NCBI RefSeq assembly: GCF_000195855.1
Contig: NC_002677.1
Span: 1,110,001-1,142,000 of the forward strand
DNA from: Mycobacterium leprae TN
GTDB lineage: Bacteria > Actinomycetota > Actinomycetes > Mycobacteriales > Mycobacteriaceae
Reading direction: 5' to 3'
Length of the DNA: 32,000 bases
Position 1 is the stretch's first letter; each line of letters begins with the position of its first letter. Below, piece after piece: positions 20,556 through 31,480 of the stretch. Position numbers and translations under genes: made by a program. The notes beneath the pieces are model-generated. The model ran no database searches, was not told the DNA's origin, and saw only the letters and a list, made by a program, of their open reading frames with translations.

Positions 20556-23500
20556 AGTGTTCTAATTATGACGAGCCCGATATTGGACTACGAAACTGCA
20601 CGGTCTATTTTAGTTCGTTGGTGAGGTTCGCTGACGCACAAATGGTTATCTAATTCCAGCTTTTCCTTCGCATACGATAATAACAGAATACCTTGCAGTA
20701 CAACATAATTATGATATGTCCGAATCATATACACCAGCTGCGGTGTGCTCGATCTTATTTATTCCGTTAATACGGCTCTAACTGACTAGTCCGTGAGTGT
20801 TTGGTTCGTTCTGGTAATGTTGGACAGTGTCCTCCGAGGGCGGGCATGGTTAGAGCAATGAGCGTCTTCGGGGAACGGAGTCCGAACGTAATCCGGGGCA
20901 GTAGTCGAGTTTTGGTGTTGGTGAATGCGATCAGTCTTTTGGCGAGGTGGCATCGATGAACTTACGGTATCGAATTATGCGGTCGGCGAGTTCGACGAGT
21001 ACCAGGGTGCGGCAGTGCCTCATCCTGGAGATCCACCGATCCAGGGCTTGCTTTCCTCCCTTACTCTTGACCGAAAAAACGTGGAGTAGAACCTGGCGAA
21101 CTCGATCTCCTCGATCCCTGTCCCTTAGCAGTCCATGATATAACCGTACTGTTGTTGTTCGCTTCTATGTTTCCTGATCGTCGATAATCCCAAAAAACTC
21201 AAGCAACAACGACATGCTCCCTATCGGGACAAAAATCCATCCATGGCAACGTCACAAGAGCAACAAATTTTTTTAAGTTTTATCAATCGGAACATCTGTG
21301 CCGCGCACTGGCGACGTTTACGGTGATGTTCGTCGTGACCAACCTTGCCTACTTCTCCTACGACACCGGCTTTGCCCTTATCAAGTGCGCCAGGACTGCC
21401 GCTTCGATGGTCTGTCCACTACCGACCTCGAGTCCAAAGTCTATTATCCACAAGGGTGTCCAATATCAATGGCAAAATCGGTACTTGGTGGAAATTTGGT
21501 CAACTTCGATGGGTGCCTAACCGAACGGGTGCTTGACGGGGCAACTACCAGTCGAAGCTGGTGCCGGCGGGCACTGTGGGGAAGTGTCGTGAGTGGAGCC
21601 ATGCGGCATCGTCATCACCGACATTGCATGGGCTTGGCCTTGTTTCAGGAACCCATAATGTACAAACAAGGCTCACGTGTCGTGGTTGTTATACCTTCGC
21701 CGATTCAAATTTGGCAGCGCTTCAATCTAAGATTATTACTACAGTTGATTGTTCATTGTTGATTGTCATACCGATGAACATTACTGTTATTAGTCACCCT
21801 TGGTCATGTCTATGGGCAGAGCGATTGAGGTGGTTGTCGAGCCGCCCATGTGTTTGTGCACAAAGCAAGGATGTCCGCTGCCGGCATGCTGGAAGAGAAA
21901 CCCAATGGACCTGTGTGAGAGTATGTTCGTAACCGTTCGTACCCGTGTGGCTTACCTAAGTCCTGCGGTCGTTGATGCAGACCGCATGAGTGCCGCGATC
22001 GGTAATGCTGGCCATCTGATTGGCACATTGTTGGCAGATCTAGGATACAAGTGGTGAGGAAAATCTACTGCACAAGGATTGGATCGGCTCATTGCTAGCG
22101 TTTGCGATCACATCCGGAGATCGATTCCAGGAAGCAGAAACCTGTTGATGGAAAATACCTTTAACGAAATATACTCTCCGAAAACCAGAAAATCGTTTTT
22201 CATCTGGAAGCGGATAGATGCCAACTGCCTATGGATAGCCCTAGCGGCGCTGCTGTCGTTGTGCACTGTGCGATATTAGGTCAAAGCTTCTGAACGAAAT
22301 TTGAAGAATAAAGTGCGGATATCATATTGAGTGGTGTTTTGATAGCCGGTTGGAGTAGGCGGAGTTTAGCGTACTGTAGTAGGGTTAGGTTTCTCGGGGT
22401 AGATCTGCGCGGTACGAACTTCACCAATAAGAATCTGAACGGAGTAGTAGCCTTGGTCCCCAATATCAATCCTCAGATGTAACTGTGTGGTGCATATAGG
22501 TCGATTTTAGTACGAATTTGGGAAATTGGTGCAGCCCCAAAGCGTGGTGTGTTCGCACTCCAGCTGTGCCGGCCAAATTAGCTGCGTTGAGATCGCCACC
22601 GAAATACCACGGAATTCAAGAGATTCGTTGGTGAGTTTGGAACCATAGTTGGGATCGGTGACTAGCGACTCCGGACGAGTACGTTCCCGTGTGGGCGGAA
22701 CCATGCGTTAATGTTGGTGTTTTGCTGATTGTCGTGTCACGTGCTTGTGCTCGTTGATGTAAGAAAGACGCTGGCCGAACGGTAGCAGTGTTGTCTCGCG
22801 TTGAGAATTGGACACAGCTGCAGGATGGCCAATTCGAAGAGCGGATTACCGCCGTGACCTGTTTGGATAGGCAAGCGTTCGAAATCCACGCCGCATTCAC
22901 GCAGTGTACTTCTACTCGAACATGGGTAAGGTGACAGTTTAGCGGTAACGTTTGTCAACGCGTGTAACACTGCCGCTTGTTCTGTTGAATTGAAGCGGTC
23001 TTCGCTGATTCCGATCCAACTCAGCACGGCGGTTTTGTCGGTGGAGTGAGACTGTCTTACACCGATGCGATCCATTTAGTACTGCTCAAAATCCTATCGC
23101 CCGAGTCTCAATTAACTTAGGACGCTTCGCGAAGCGGTGGGCTCTATGGAATGCGAGGCCAGTCCTCAGGGTTGCGGGTGATGTTTGTGGCGCGCCGATA
23201 AGTGTGAGCGAAGACGGGATCTAGGGTGAGCGCCGTCAACGTCCGGTTGATGGCTCCGGCGCTTCCGTCGGACAGTACTTGGGAACACTCGGGCCAACAC
23301 GGCATCCCAGGTGCCCGTCGGCATACTGGCTACAATGGCACGCCAAATATAATCTTGCACAGGTCGAATATTTTGGAGACATCCGGCCAGACGATCCCAC
23401 ACTGGTATCGATACGTGATTCCCACGACAACGTGGCGGTTATCACTAACCAGCTTGTATCACCCTTCCCTAGTACGGGTCGTTGCGTTATCTCACCCCGA

Positions 23501-23749
23501 GAGGTGTGTAACGACTGTGACTGCTCACAGTTAGGAGACAAACCCGGGAGTGCTTTAACGTAAGTTATCGCAGTCTAAAGAAGAGATTAAACACATTGTC
23601 GCCTTGAAGCCATCGGAGCGCATTTATTGCTCCTGAACGCCCACGTAAAGCGATTTGTTATCCTATTTGAAAATGCCCGCGGGAGATGATTAGGGGATGG
23701 AGTTGTCATTGGCGGTGCGTCGGTAGGTGGCTGCGCTAAACCGATGGTT

Positions 23750-24793
23750 CCATCACTGGCCTGATGAATGCAACAGCTAGTCGGGCACGTCAATGCGCCA
23801 GGATGTTCACCAACTGCACAAATACTCTGGGCAGTAACGCGCATGTCGGCACTGGGGCAAGGCACGTCATGCGTGGTGTGATGGCCACCACGAGTGTGCG
23901 GATAAGCAACCGGTAGTCTTGGGCAACCCGGTGCCACAAAGCCTAATACGACGGCGGTGCCTCGTCGACGATGACGCGGACCGCGGCGCCGGCGTGCTTA
24001 ACGGCGAGGTTGACACCCTCGCCTGTCAGAACGACCTCGTATACGGTCCGTTGCCCACCAACAGGATCTGTTCGGTGACATGGAGCGAGACAACCTGTAG
24101 CTGCGGCCCGCATCCGAGTGCTTGCCAGCGGCGTAAGTCGCGTAGATAGCGCGTTAGTCACGGGAACGAGTCAAGCTCCGGTTTGTTAAGCGACAGGATT
24201 GCGACGCCGACGATGTTCGGCTCGACCGGTGTCACGTACGCCTCACCTCCAACGGGATCAATGCTTTTCGATGAATTTCGACTACGCCAGCATCTGGTAA
24301 AGTAACGTCAGCGCACGCCATAAAGCAGCGGCGTTTGGGGCGTCGTTCTGATTTTCACTGCATGCCCGACCAGTGAATGTGAATGCAGCCACCAACCATT
24401 TGGGGTGGACACCTGGGATAGTTATGCCATGCTGGTCTTGCTGGACAGTGGGTTACCTGCGCTCGGATCGATTGTTCTTTGGTGCGTGCCGCCAGCACGG
24501 CGTGCAACGTGGTGCGATGCACGCTCTGGCCCGGTGCGAAACCGTGTCTGCACCCGACGGTAGTCGCTCATACAGGCGCTTCTCTGCAGCGGTATGCCGG
24601 CCGGGTCGACGTCGAGTGCTGTAAGTTCGACCAGGCCTTCGGGCATCAGCTCCTCGCCGCAGGCCTTATCGATGGGATTCTCGTGCGGCTCGGCTGCGAT
24701 CACCGAAAGGCCCTTGTTTTGCCGAGCGTTTAATGCCCGTGGCTAGGCTTTCTGGGCTGCCGCAGACGATCAACAGGTTGGTGTCAAGGTCAT
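23750..24793 (-). pseudogene. FAD-dependent monooxygenase/oxidoreductase (geranylgeranyl reductase-like) pseudogene
   Basis: ATG at 24793; degraded Rossmann LLIVCGSPESLATG; IAAEPHENPIDKACGEELMPEGLVELTALDVDPAGIPLQ; VTPVEPNIVGVAIL; VYEVVLTGEGVNLAVKHAGAAVRVIV (GD...LTGEGI-type motif); LPRVFVQLVNILAH. Multiple frames. Confidence 0.8.
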
Positions 24794-25283
24794 GTGTAGC
24801 CTGATGCGGAGTTTTCCATCAAGATTCGCACGCTCAACAACAGCGCGTTAGCCGTTGTGAAACCGAGCACCGTCAGTCACACGGTGTGCACTAGCGGCAA
24901 TGCCAAACCCTCGGCCACTACTGCAACATAGTTCGGATTGTGCAGCCATCGGTAGAGACTGAGTCGTACCAACGGGGCATTCGGTAACACGATCGCCCGA
25001 ATCTTTCACCACCGACCCAGCGTCGTGATACCCTCACCAGGGCAACACCTGGCTTAGCCCTACGACGACGCAGCATAGGTCAGCCGAGCCACCCGACGAA
25101 CGTTCGGTGTAGGGTCCACGATTCGCCGACACAACCGAGCGGTAGGTTAGTGGCCAGGACGACTATGACCGGACAGTACGAGCGTCTAAACTTCCTGTCG
25201 CCGTTGGTAAAGTCCGATCGCGCGTTCCGTTTGGCTACGGTCAGCTCGCCCAGCCGGTCAACATCTACCGCCAGGATCAGCAA
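24790..25283 (-). pseudogene. Isoprenylcysteine carboxyl methyltransferase (ICMT)-family membrane protein pseudogene
   Basis: LILAVDVDRLGELTVAKRNARSDFTNGDRKFRRSYCPVIVVLATNL; later PLVRLSLYRWLHNPNYVAVVAEGLALPLVHTV*LTVLGFTTANALLLSVRILMENSASGYT* with stop at 24792-24790. Confidence 0.82.
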
Positions 25284-25306
25284 GTAATATCAAGTGATAT
25301 ATAGCG

Positions 25307-26376
25307 TTACCAGCAGAGCAGGACCAGTTCGGCGGAGAAGCCCGGGCCCAGGGTTATCGGTCGGCCTGATCGACCCGGTGTTGGTGGATCGTCCACGGCG
25401 CTGTTGAGCATGTCAAGTACCGATACCTATGACAGGTTTCCGTTGTCAGGCAATGAGTTCCTGGTGCGGTCGAGGGCATCTTCCGGCATGTCCAAGACGT
25501 CTGCGACGGCGTTAATCATCTTTGTGCCAGCGGCGTCCAACAGCCACATTGAGACGTCCGCTGTGGTCAGCCCATAGTTGGCAAGGAAACTACGGACGTC
25601 GTTGCCCAGGTATTTTTCGACGATGGTTGAGATCTCGACGGATAGGACGATCTGACACCTGTTACTGCCGATATCTCAGCCAACACGTCTTCGGTGTCCG
25701 GGTAGTTCCGGCTGTGGGTAGCCAACAGCTTTGGTCCGATCTGTACCTGGTCGGTTCCGGTAGTGATGACGACGCCAGTTCCGTCATCAAAAGGCTGGCG
25801 GCGAAGATATTGGCCATAGAATGGCCGTTGCGCTGAACGGTCAGTGAACCCAGTTCGACCGTTAGCCAGGCGGCCTCACTGGTCGGGGAAGCCGTGCAGG
25901 TAGTCATGCATGGACGTGCGCCAGTATGGCTGTGTTGGCGACACAGACCAAACCGAACAGCGGCACATGTTTTACATCCTGGCGTAGTCCTACCTGCGTG
26001 GCTAGCTGCTCTTCCAACGACGGAACAGTAAGTTCGGTAACTGTTGTCGAAAAGACGATATCGACCTACGACGGCCGAATCTTGGTTTGGTTAAGCGCCG
26101 CGAGCAGCGCCTACTCTGCTAGATGGCAGGCGATTCTGAGAAAGACATCGTTTGCCTCGGTGAGGCTGCTTAGCTGACTGTACTGCGACAGCGGCAGCAT
26201 GGTGTTTAGGAACTGGCTCCGCTGCTGAGAGCAAAGCGGTGAAATTCCGGACCGGCGAACTCGGTCGGTGCACTGATGGCTTCGTCCTGTGTGTACCGGT
26301 TGGGTGGGAATTGCACGGCAACACCCGCAATGGACGTATCTGCGATGGCTGTCGGTGTTTTCAAAGTTAGATGCAT
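25307..26376 (-). pseudogene. Type III polyketide synthase (chalcone/stilbene synthase family) pseudogene
   Basis: IAGVAVQFPPNRYTQDEAI...TEFAGPEFHRFALSSG; TMLPLSQYSQLSSLTEANDVFLRIA; LTVPSLEEQLATQVGLRQDVKHVPLFGLVCVANTAILAHVHA; VELGSLTVQRNGHSMANIFAASLL; VEISTIVEKYLGNDVRSFLANYGLTTADVSMWL; ALDRTRNSL..NGNLS; LGPGFSAELVLLCW*. Confidence 0.88.
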
Positions 26377-26639
26377 CGAATCCCCAGTAGTCTGATTTAT
26401 ACAGGCAGTCACGTTGGCATGGTTGGAAGGGTTCAAAACGGTAGGCGTGTTGTATATCGTCCACCGCAACGCACTGAGCCGACACGTTCCCACGATTGGC
26501 TCTATTCGACTGTACTGTGGATCTTTCGATTAGGTTGGGTGCTGTGCGGATTCTGCTGACCGATGCCACCGGCAATGTGAGTTTACGCTTGGTCACGATG
26601 CTGCTTACAGGCCGTCGCTAGGGGCCGGCAGTCACCCGA

Positions 26640-27293
26640 AAACCGGTTTTTCTCAAATCTTTTCTGCTGGTACAATCTCGTCATCCTGGTCATTTCTGAC
26701 GAGTTTGATCATGCTTTGACGCGGGCACCGTCTTCTATTGCAGAAGACACCACGGGCCATCTATCTAGGTGGATTCGTGTCCAATAATGACGTGTTGTCC
26801 GGTCTTGATCGTTTAGCTGAACGTGTTGCGCATCCGGGAATTAGCATTGGGGTTGGGTGCAAATTCTTTTCGGCCCGATCGCCGGTGCGATGAGTACTGG
26901 GCGAATTGAGCTTCTATTGGCTGACATTGATACTCACGGTTGTGTGGATCACCGGTGCGGTTCGTTTTGGGTTCGCTTCATCTCGGTGGCATTTTCTTGC
27001 TGGGCGGACTGGTCGGACGGCGGACTCCGGGTGTTTCGTGCTTGATCGTCCGCGTGCTGCAGTTCGTCGACCACGGATCGTTTTTGCTGATCGTGCTGAT
27101 CACCGTGATTAACGCTATAGCCGAGGAGATGTTTTTCCGCGGCGTACTCTACACCCCGTTGGGCCGCCACCGGCCGGTGCCGCTTTCGACTATCCTGTAC
27201 CCAGGTGTGATCATGTCCGGCCGTAACCTGATGCTCACCGGCGCGGCGATCGTTTTCGAGACTGTATGTGCGTTATGTGCGTTGGAGCGCTGA
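26640..27293 (+). pseudogene. CPBP-family intramembrane metalloprotease pseudogene (Rv1140-like)
   Basis: Hydrophobic segments in shifting frames followed by VINAIAEEMFFRGVLYTPLGRHRPVPLSTILY (EExxxR motif) and LMLTGAAIVFETVCALCALER*. Confidence 0.72.
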
Positions 27294-27504
27294 GCGACTG
27301 GTGGGGTGCTGGCAGCGATCCTGGCCCACGTCGTGTGTGTCTGATCAGGGTTTCTCAGGTTTTCCCGTTATTCGCTATCTAATTCTTTAGCAGCAGGAAG
27401 ACCGGGTGCAGAGCCGTCAACGGTGGCTGCGAAGATGCCAACGACCGGATTGTTCGTTTCGGCATGGGTCGTCGGCGTTCGGGTGGACGAAAGGTCGGTC
27501 GATC

Positions 27505-28604
27505 ATGGCGGCTACGTTGAACGGGCCTCTGAGTGGGCTGCGTGTTGTTGAGCTGGCCGGCATCGGGCCGGGTCCACACGCTGCGATGATCTTGGGGGAC
27601 CTCGGTGCTGATGTGGTACGCGTCGATCGACCAACCAAGAGCGGTGGCGGTGTCGTTAAGGACGCAATGCTGCGCAACCGGCGCGTGGTGACCGCCGACC
27701 TCAAATCCGACGCGGGACGCGAGCTGGTGCTCACACTCGTCGCCAGAGCCGACGCGTTGATCGAGGGTTATCGCCCCGGCGTCACCGAAAGACTTGGCCT
27801 AGGCCCTGAGCACTGTGCCGAGGTTAACGACCGACTGGTCTACGCCCGGATGACTGGCTGGGGACAAACCGGCCCCCGCAGTCAGCAGGCCGGTCATGAC
27901 ATAAATTACATTTCTTTGAACGGTGTCCTGCACGCCATCGGCCGGGTCAATGAGCGACCGGTTCCCACACTGAATTTGGTGGGTGACTTTGGAGGCGGCT
28001 CGATGTTTTTGTTGGTCGGTATTCTGGCGGCACTGTGGGAGCGGCAGACTTCCGGCAAAGGTCAGGTCGTTGACGCCGCGATGGTCGACGGCTCCAGCGT
28101 GCTAGGGCAAATGATGTGGGCGATGCGCGCGTCGGGCATGTGGTCCGACACTGGTGGCACCAACATGCTCGACGGTGGCGCGCCCTACTACGATGCTTAT
28201 GAGTGCGCTGATGGCGGCTATGTCGCCGTCGGCGCCATCGGTCGCAGTTTTACGCGGCCATGTTAACCGGGCTGGGTCTAGATGTCGCTGAGCTGCCGCC
28301 GCAAAACGACCTCGCCCGCTGGCCCGAACTGCGGGCACGTTTGACTGCGGCGTTCGCTAGTCACGACCGCGATCATTGGGCCAGGGTGTTCGCTGGTTCT
28401 GACGCCTGTGTGACTCCGGTGCTGGCGTTTGACGAGGTGCACACTGAAGCGCATATCACCGAGCGGTGCACCTTCTATGAGGTGGACGGCGGTCTGCAGC
28501 CGATGCCCGCACCACGGTTTTCCCGCACCACGCCGGACCGACCCCGTTCTCCGGCTGCATCGGTGGCCGACATCGAAGCGGTACTCAATAGTTGGGACGA
28601 TTAG
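27505..28604 (+). pseudogene. mcr: Alpha-methylacyl-CoA racemase / CoA-transferase family III protein, single frameshift
   Basis: [43 protein letters not shown]...[17 protein letters not shown]...[40 protein letters not shown]...; frame change near 28245 to [44 protein letters not shown]... Confidence 0.93.
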
Positions 28605-28786
28605 GGAGGGTTCTCATGGAGATAGGGACGCGAGCCTAGCAGTCGCCAGCAGTGCATAGTACCTGAGCCTGGCAGCTACCAGGCGGCTGTTGGATTCCGG
28701 AGTTCAGGTCCTCCGTGCTGGACATCAAAGGTGACGAGGTAGTTCGCGAACTCGGTGGTAGTGTGCATTTCGCGCTGGTCGACGTC

Positions 28787-28836
28787 ACCCACGTCTCCGT
28801 CGTGTCCAGAGCGCTGGACACGACGGAGACGTGGGT
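28787..28836. repeat. Perfect 50-nt inverted repeat (23-bp arms, 4-nt loop)
   Basis: ACCCACGTCTCCGTCGTGTCCAG agcg CTGGACACGACGGAGACGTGGGT. Confidence 0.98.
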
Positions 28837-29024
28837 CCGCTGTGCATCGTGATCAATTGCGTTGGCACCGGCGACGCTGTCCAGGTGCTGAGCCGCGACG
28901 GTGTGTTCCCATGAAATCCCTTGCGCAAGAGTCATCGACATCAACCTTGCCGGCACCTTCAACGTGCTGAGGTTAGGCGCCGATCGGATTGCCGAGACCG
29001 AACTCATCGGCTCAGATGGGGAGG

Positions 29025-29084
29025 AACGAGGGCGTTATTAATAATTATTAATAACGATTAATAATTATTAATAACGCCCTCGTT
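29025..29084. repeat. Perfect 60-nt inverted repeat (28-bp arms, 4-nt loop), also containing two exact tandem 20-nt units
   Basis: AACGAGGGCGTTATTAATAATTATTAAT aacg ATTAATAATTATTAATAACGCCCTCGTT. Unit ATTAATAATTATTAATAACG occurs at 29037-29056 and 29057-29076. Confidence 0.98.
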
Positions 29085-29448
29085 GGCGGCGTTCGACGGC
29101 CAGATTGGCCAAGTTTCCTACTCTGCATCCAAAGGGGGTGTGATGGCCAGGACTCTGCCGATCGCACAGGATCGGGCTAGCTACCGCATCCGGATGGTCA
29201 CGATAGCACCCGACCCTGTTTAACAGCCGCTGCTAGCTTTCTTGTCGGAGGAGGCCAAGGTGTCGTTAGGTAAGAGGTGCTGTATTCGCATTCGCCACGA
29301 CTAGGCAACTTGGAGCAACTTGGATGCGTATGGGCATTCGCCGTGCACATCGGCGAAAACCGAATGTTCAACGGACAGGTCTATCCGTCTGGGCGCCGTC
29401 ATCGGCATAGCACCACGTTGAGCCATCCCGGGCTTCAGACCAGACAAA

Positions 29449-29483
29449 GAAGTCAGCCCCTAGCACTGTGAAGGGCTGACTTC
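29449..29483. terminator. Terminator-like hairpin
   Basis: GAAGTCAGCCC ctagcactgtgaa GGGCTGACTTC: perfect 11-bp arms, just 3' of the decayed SDR (+) and of the minus-strand fragment at 29500-29711. Confidence 0.55.
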
Positions 29484-29499
29484 GGATACAGGAACTAAA

Positions 29500-29711
29500 A
29501 GGACTTACCGGCGAAACCATCGGATGGTAGCGGGTTTGGCCATGAGTAGCCATGCGAGCATGTTCATAAGCTTCGGTCAGCTTGCAGTAGGCAGCGGAGG
29601 CCAGTCTGCGAACTGTTCTGAGGTATCGCCTTCCACCAGCATGTCGCCGTGGTAGAGGGCCTCAAAGTCAACCTTGATGCCGTCCGCACCGGAGTCGTTA
29701 ATCCACATGGC
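29500..29711 (-). pseudogene. Fragment of a conserved hypothetical protein, frameshifted
   Basis: Minus strand: MWINDSGADGIKVDFEALYHGDMLVEGDTSEQFAD then frame change to ASAAYCKLTEAYEHARMATHGQTRYHP. Family not recognised. Confidence 0.45.
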
Positions 29712-30559
29712 CCTTAGCCTATGAGTTGCCATTAAGGAATCTTTGAGTCACGATTCGGAAAATGTTGGCAATTCTTACCCGCGGGTAGGTTAATGCGGGC
29801 GTTGGGCGCTTAGTCTGTCCGCTGGCAGCGCCTGTGCCGAGATCGGCGGCGTGGTGAATCATCCCAGCATCCGGATCCGTGCCTGGGACAGGTGTTGTTA
29901 GGGTGTCTGTAACTTACCATTGAGTAAGTTATCCTGGGTAGGTGTCGGGTCTAGCGTGACCGGCATCGGCTGTGGAAAGTCCCGGACATGCTGCTAGAGG
30001 GCCACTCGACTGGTCATTGCAGCACCGCGATGAATCATGGCAGTTGGATTTGGTCTTCATTGCTGCGGTGGTCTTCGGTATCCTCGTCGGGTAAGAGCCA
30101 GTCTCCTGGCGGTTTCCAAGATCCGAACGCGGAGTCGGTGCGCACAATCCAGGTGTTGACCGAGCAAGTTTGGGCAGAGCGGTCAGCATATGGCTTACCG
30201 TGGTAACTACACCCGCAGATGCTGTCGGTGAACAAGCTCGTACGGGTGGGCACTGACCTAGTCGACTATTTGCAACGGTCGTCATTGATGTACTAGAGCC
30301 GTATCGGCGTGAACTTGGCCTCGCGCCGAGGCTCTCGAAGAGGCAAAAAAACTAATGTGGTCAACATCGACGGCGAGTTGGGGTTCACCGTGGTCAACCT
30401 CAAAAGCGGCGAAAACCACGCACAGGACGACGTCCGAACTCTCCGTACGACGAACTCGTCCACGTACCGTGACGCCGTCATAGTTTTATAGTGCCGGTGG
30501 CCCGACTATGCAGTAACGCGAAGGTAAACAAACAGAACCAGGACGACGTGCTAGTTATG

Positions 30560-31020
30560 GAGATGATCGCCGATTCCGCTGAGCTTCCTGGTGTTGGTCT
30601 GGATATTCGGTGGGCTCCTGGCAGCGGCTTTGCTGATCCCCTCGATGGACTAGCTGTCGTCGGTTCAATGTCGGTGTTGTGCTTCAGTTACATTGACAAC
30701 CGAAGTGTCGATCTTCGCGCTCAACCTGAGCACAGCAATGGACACGGTGTTGGCCATTGGCCTCTACACGCTGCTGATCGTCAGCCACTATCGCGACGCG
30801 TTGGCCTAAGGCAGTGACTGCGATGAGGCATTGATCTGGATCATGGTCACTTCCGGTCGCACCGTGCTGTTCTCCGCGGTTACCGTGGCGTTGTCGATGT
30901 CGGCGACGGTGGTAGTATGGATCTACTTCCTGAAGTCGTTCACCTACGCTGGTGTGCCCTTCGTAACGATCTTGCCTATCGGCTGCTGGTGCTGCTCGGT
31001 TGTACGTTAACTGGTGTGAA
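30560..31020 (+). pseudogene. MmpL/RND-family membrane transport protein pseudogene (mmpL13-like)
   Basis: Frame-shifting stretch TEVSIFALNLSTAMDTVLAIGLYTLLIVSHYRDALA...CDEALIWIMVTSGRTVLFSAVTVALSMSATVVVWIYFLKSFTYAGVPFVTILPI. Confidence 0.83.
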
Positions 31021-31059
31021 GTGAGGTTTTCCCGATTACCAGGTGTTGCTGCGTTTGGT

Positions 31060-31480
31060 GTCGTTGAGTCAAATCGGTGACCGATTGCGCACCGGTTTCG
31101 AGCACGCTACTGTGACGGCGGTGCCCGTAGTCGTACTCGATGTCCGAGGTCTGAACCTCGGTGGATCTTGACACTTACTCCGCCTTGTCCCGGATTCCGG
31201 ACATGTCGGTGGTGGAGCACCTCGGGCGGGACAGCTGCTATATTTAGAGCCGGTGGCCAGCGCTTGGGGCTTGTTGCAACAATTTGTCGCTGTGGTGTTC
31301 TGGCCGAGGTTGCTGGGTCACTGTCACGTTCATCGTGACACAGAGCGCTCGATTGTTAACGCCGGATTCGAGGTGGAGATTTCGCGGCGGGAGTGGACGT
31401 TGTCGGTCTGGGAGCCGCATCGGTGTCGGCTACTTGCTCGATTACCGGGCTCGCTGGGTGGTGACTACTGGCGGTTGTGT
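31060..31480 (+). pseudogene. Class I SAM-dependent methyltransferase pseudogene (Rv1147-like), C-terminal portion
   Basis: QLLYLEPVASAWGLLQQFVAVVFWPRLLGHCHVHRDTERSIVNAGFEVEISRREWTLSVWEPH, preceded by degraded IPDMSVVEHLG. Confidence 0.62.

Larger units (their letters stand above)
28640..29410 (+). pseudogene. Short-chain dehydrogenase/reductase pseudogene (Rv1144-like) disrupted by two palindromes
   Basis: LDIKGDEVVRELGGSVHFALVDVTH; INCVGTGDAVQVLSRDGVFP; IDINLAGTFNVLRLGADRIAETELIGSDGEERGVIIN; [40 protein letters not shown] (SDR YxxxK motif); PLLAFLSEEAKVSLG. Confidence 0.88.

Noticed and set aside
29025-29084. Reading the 60-nt palindrome as an intrinsic terminator or a CRISPR repeat
   Set aside because: The stem has its GC part at the base and AT part at the apex, there is no U tract, it interrupts an SDR reading frame, and there is no repeat-spacer periodicity.
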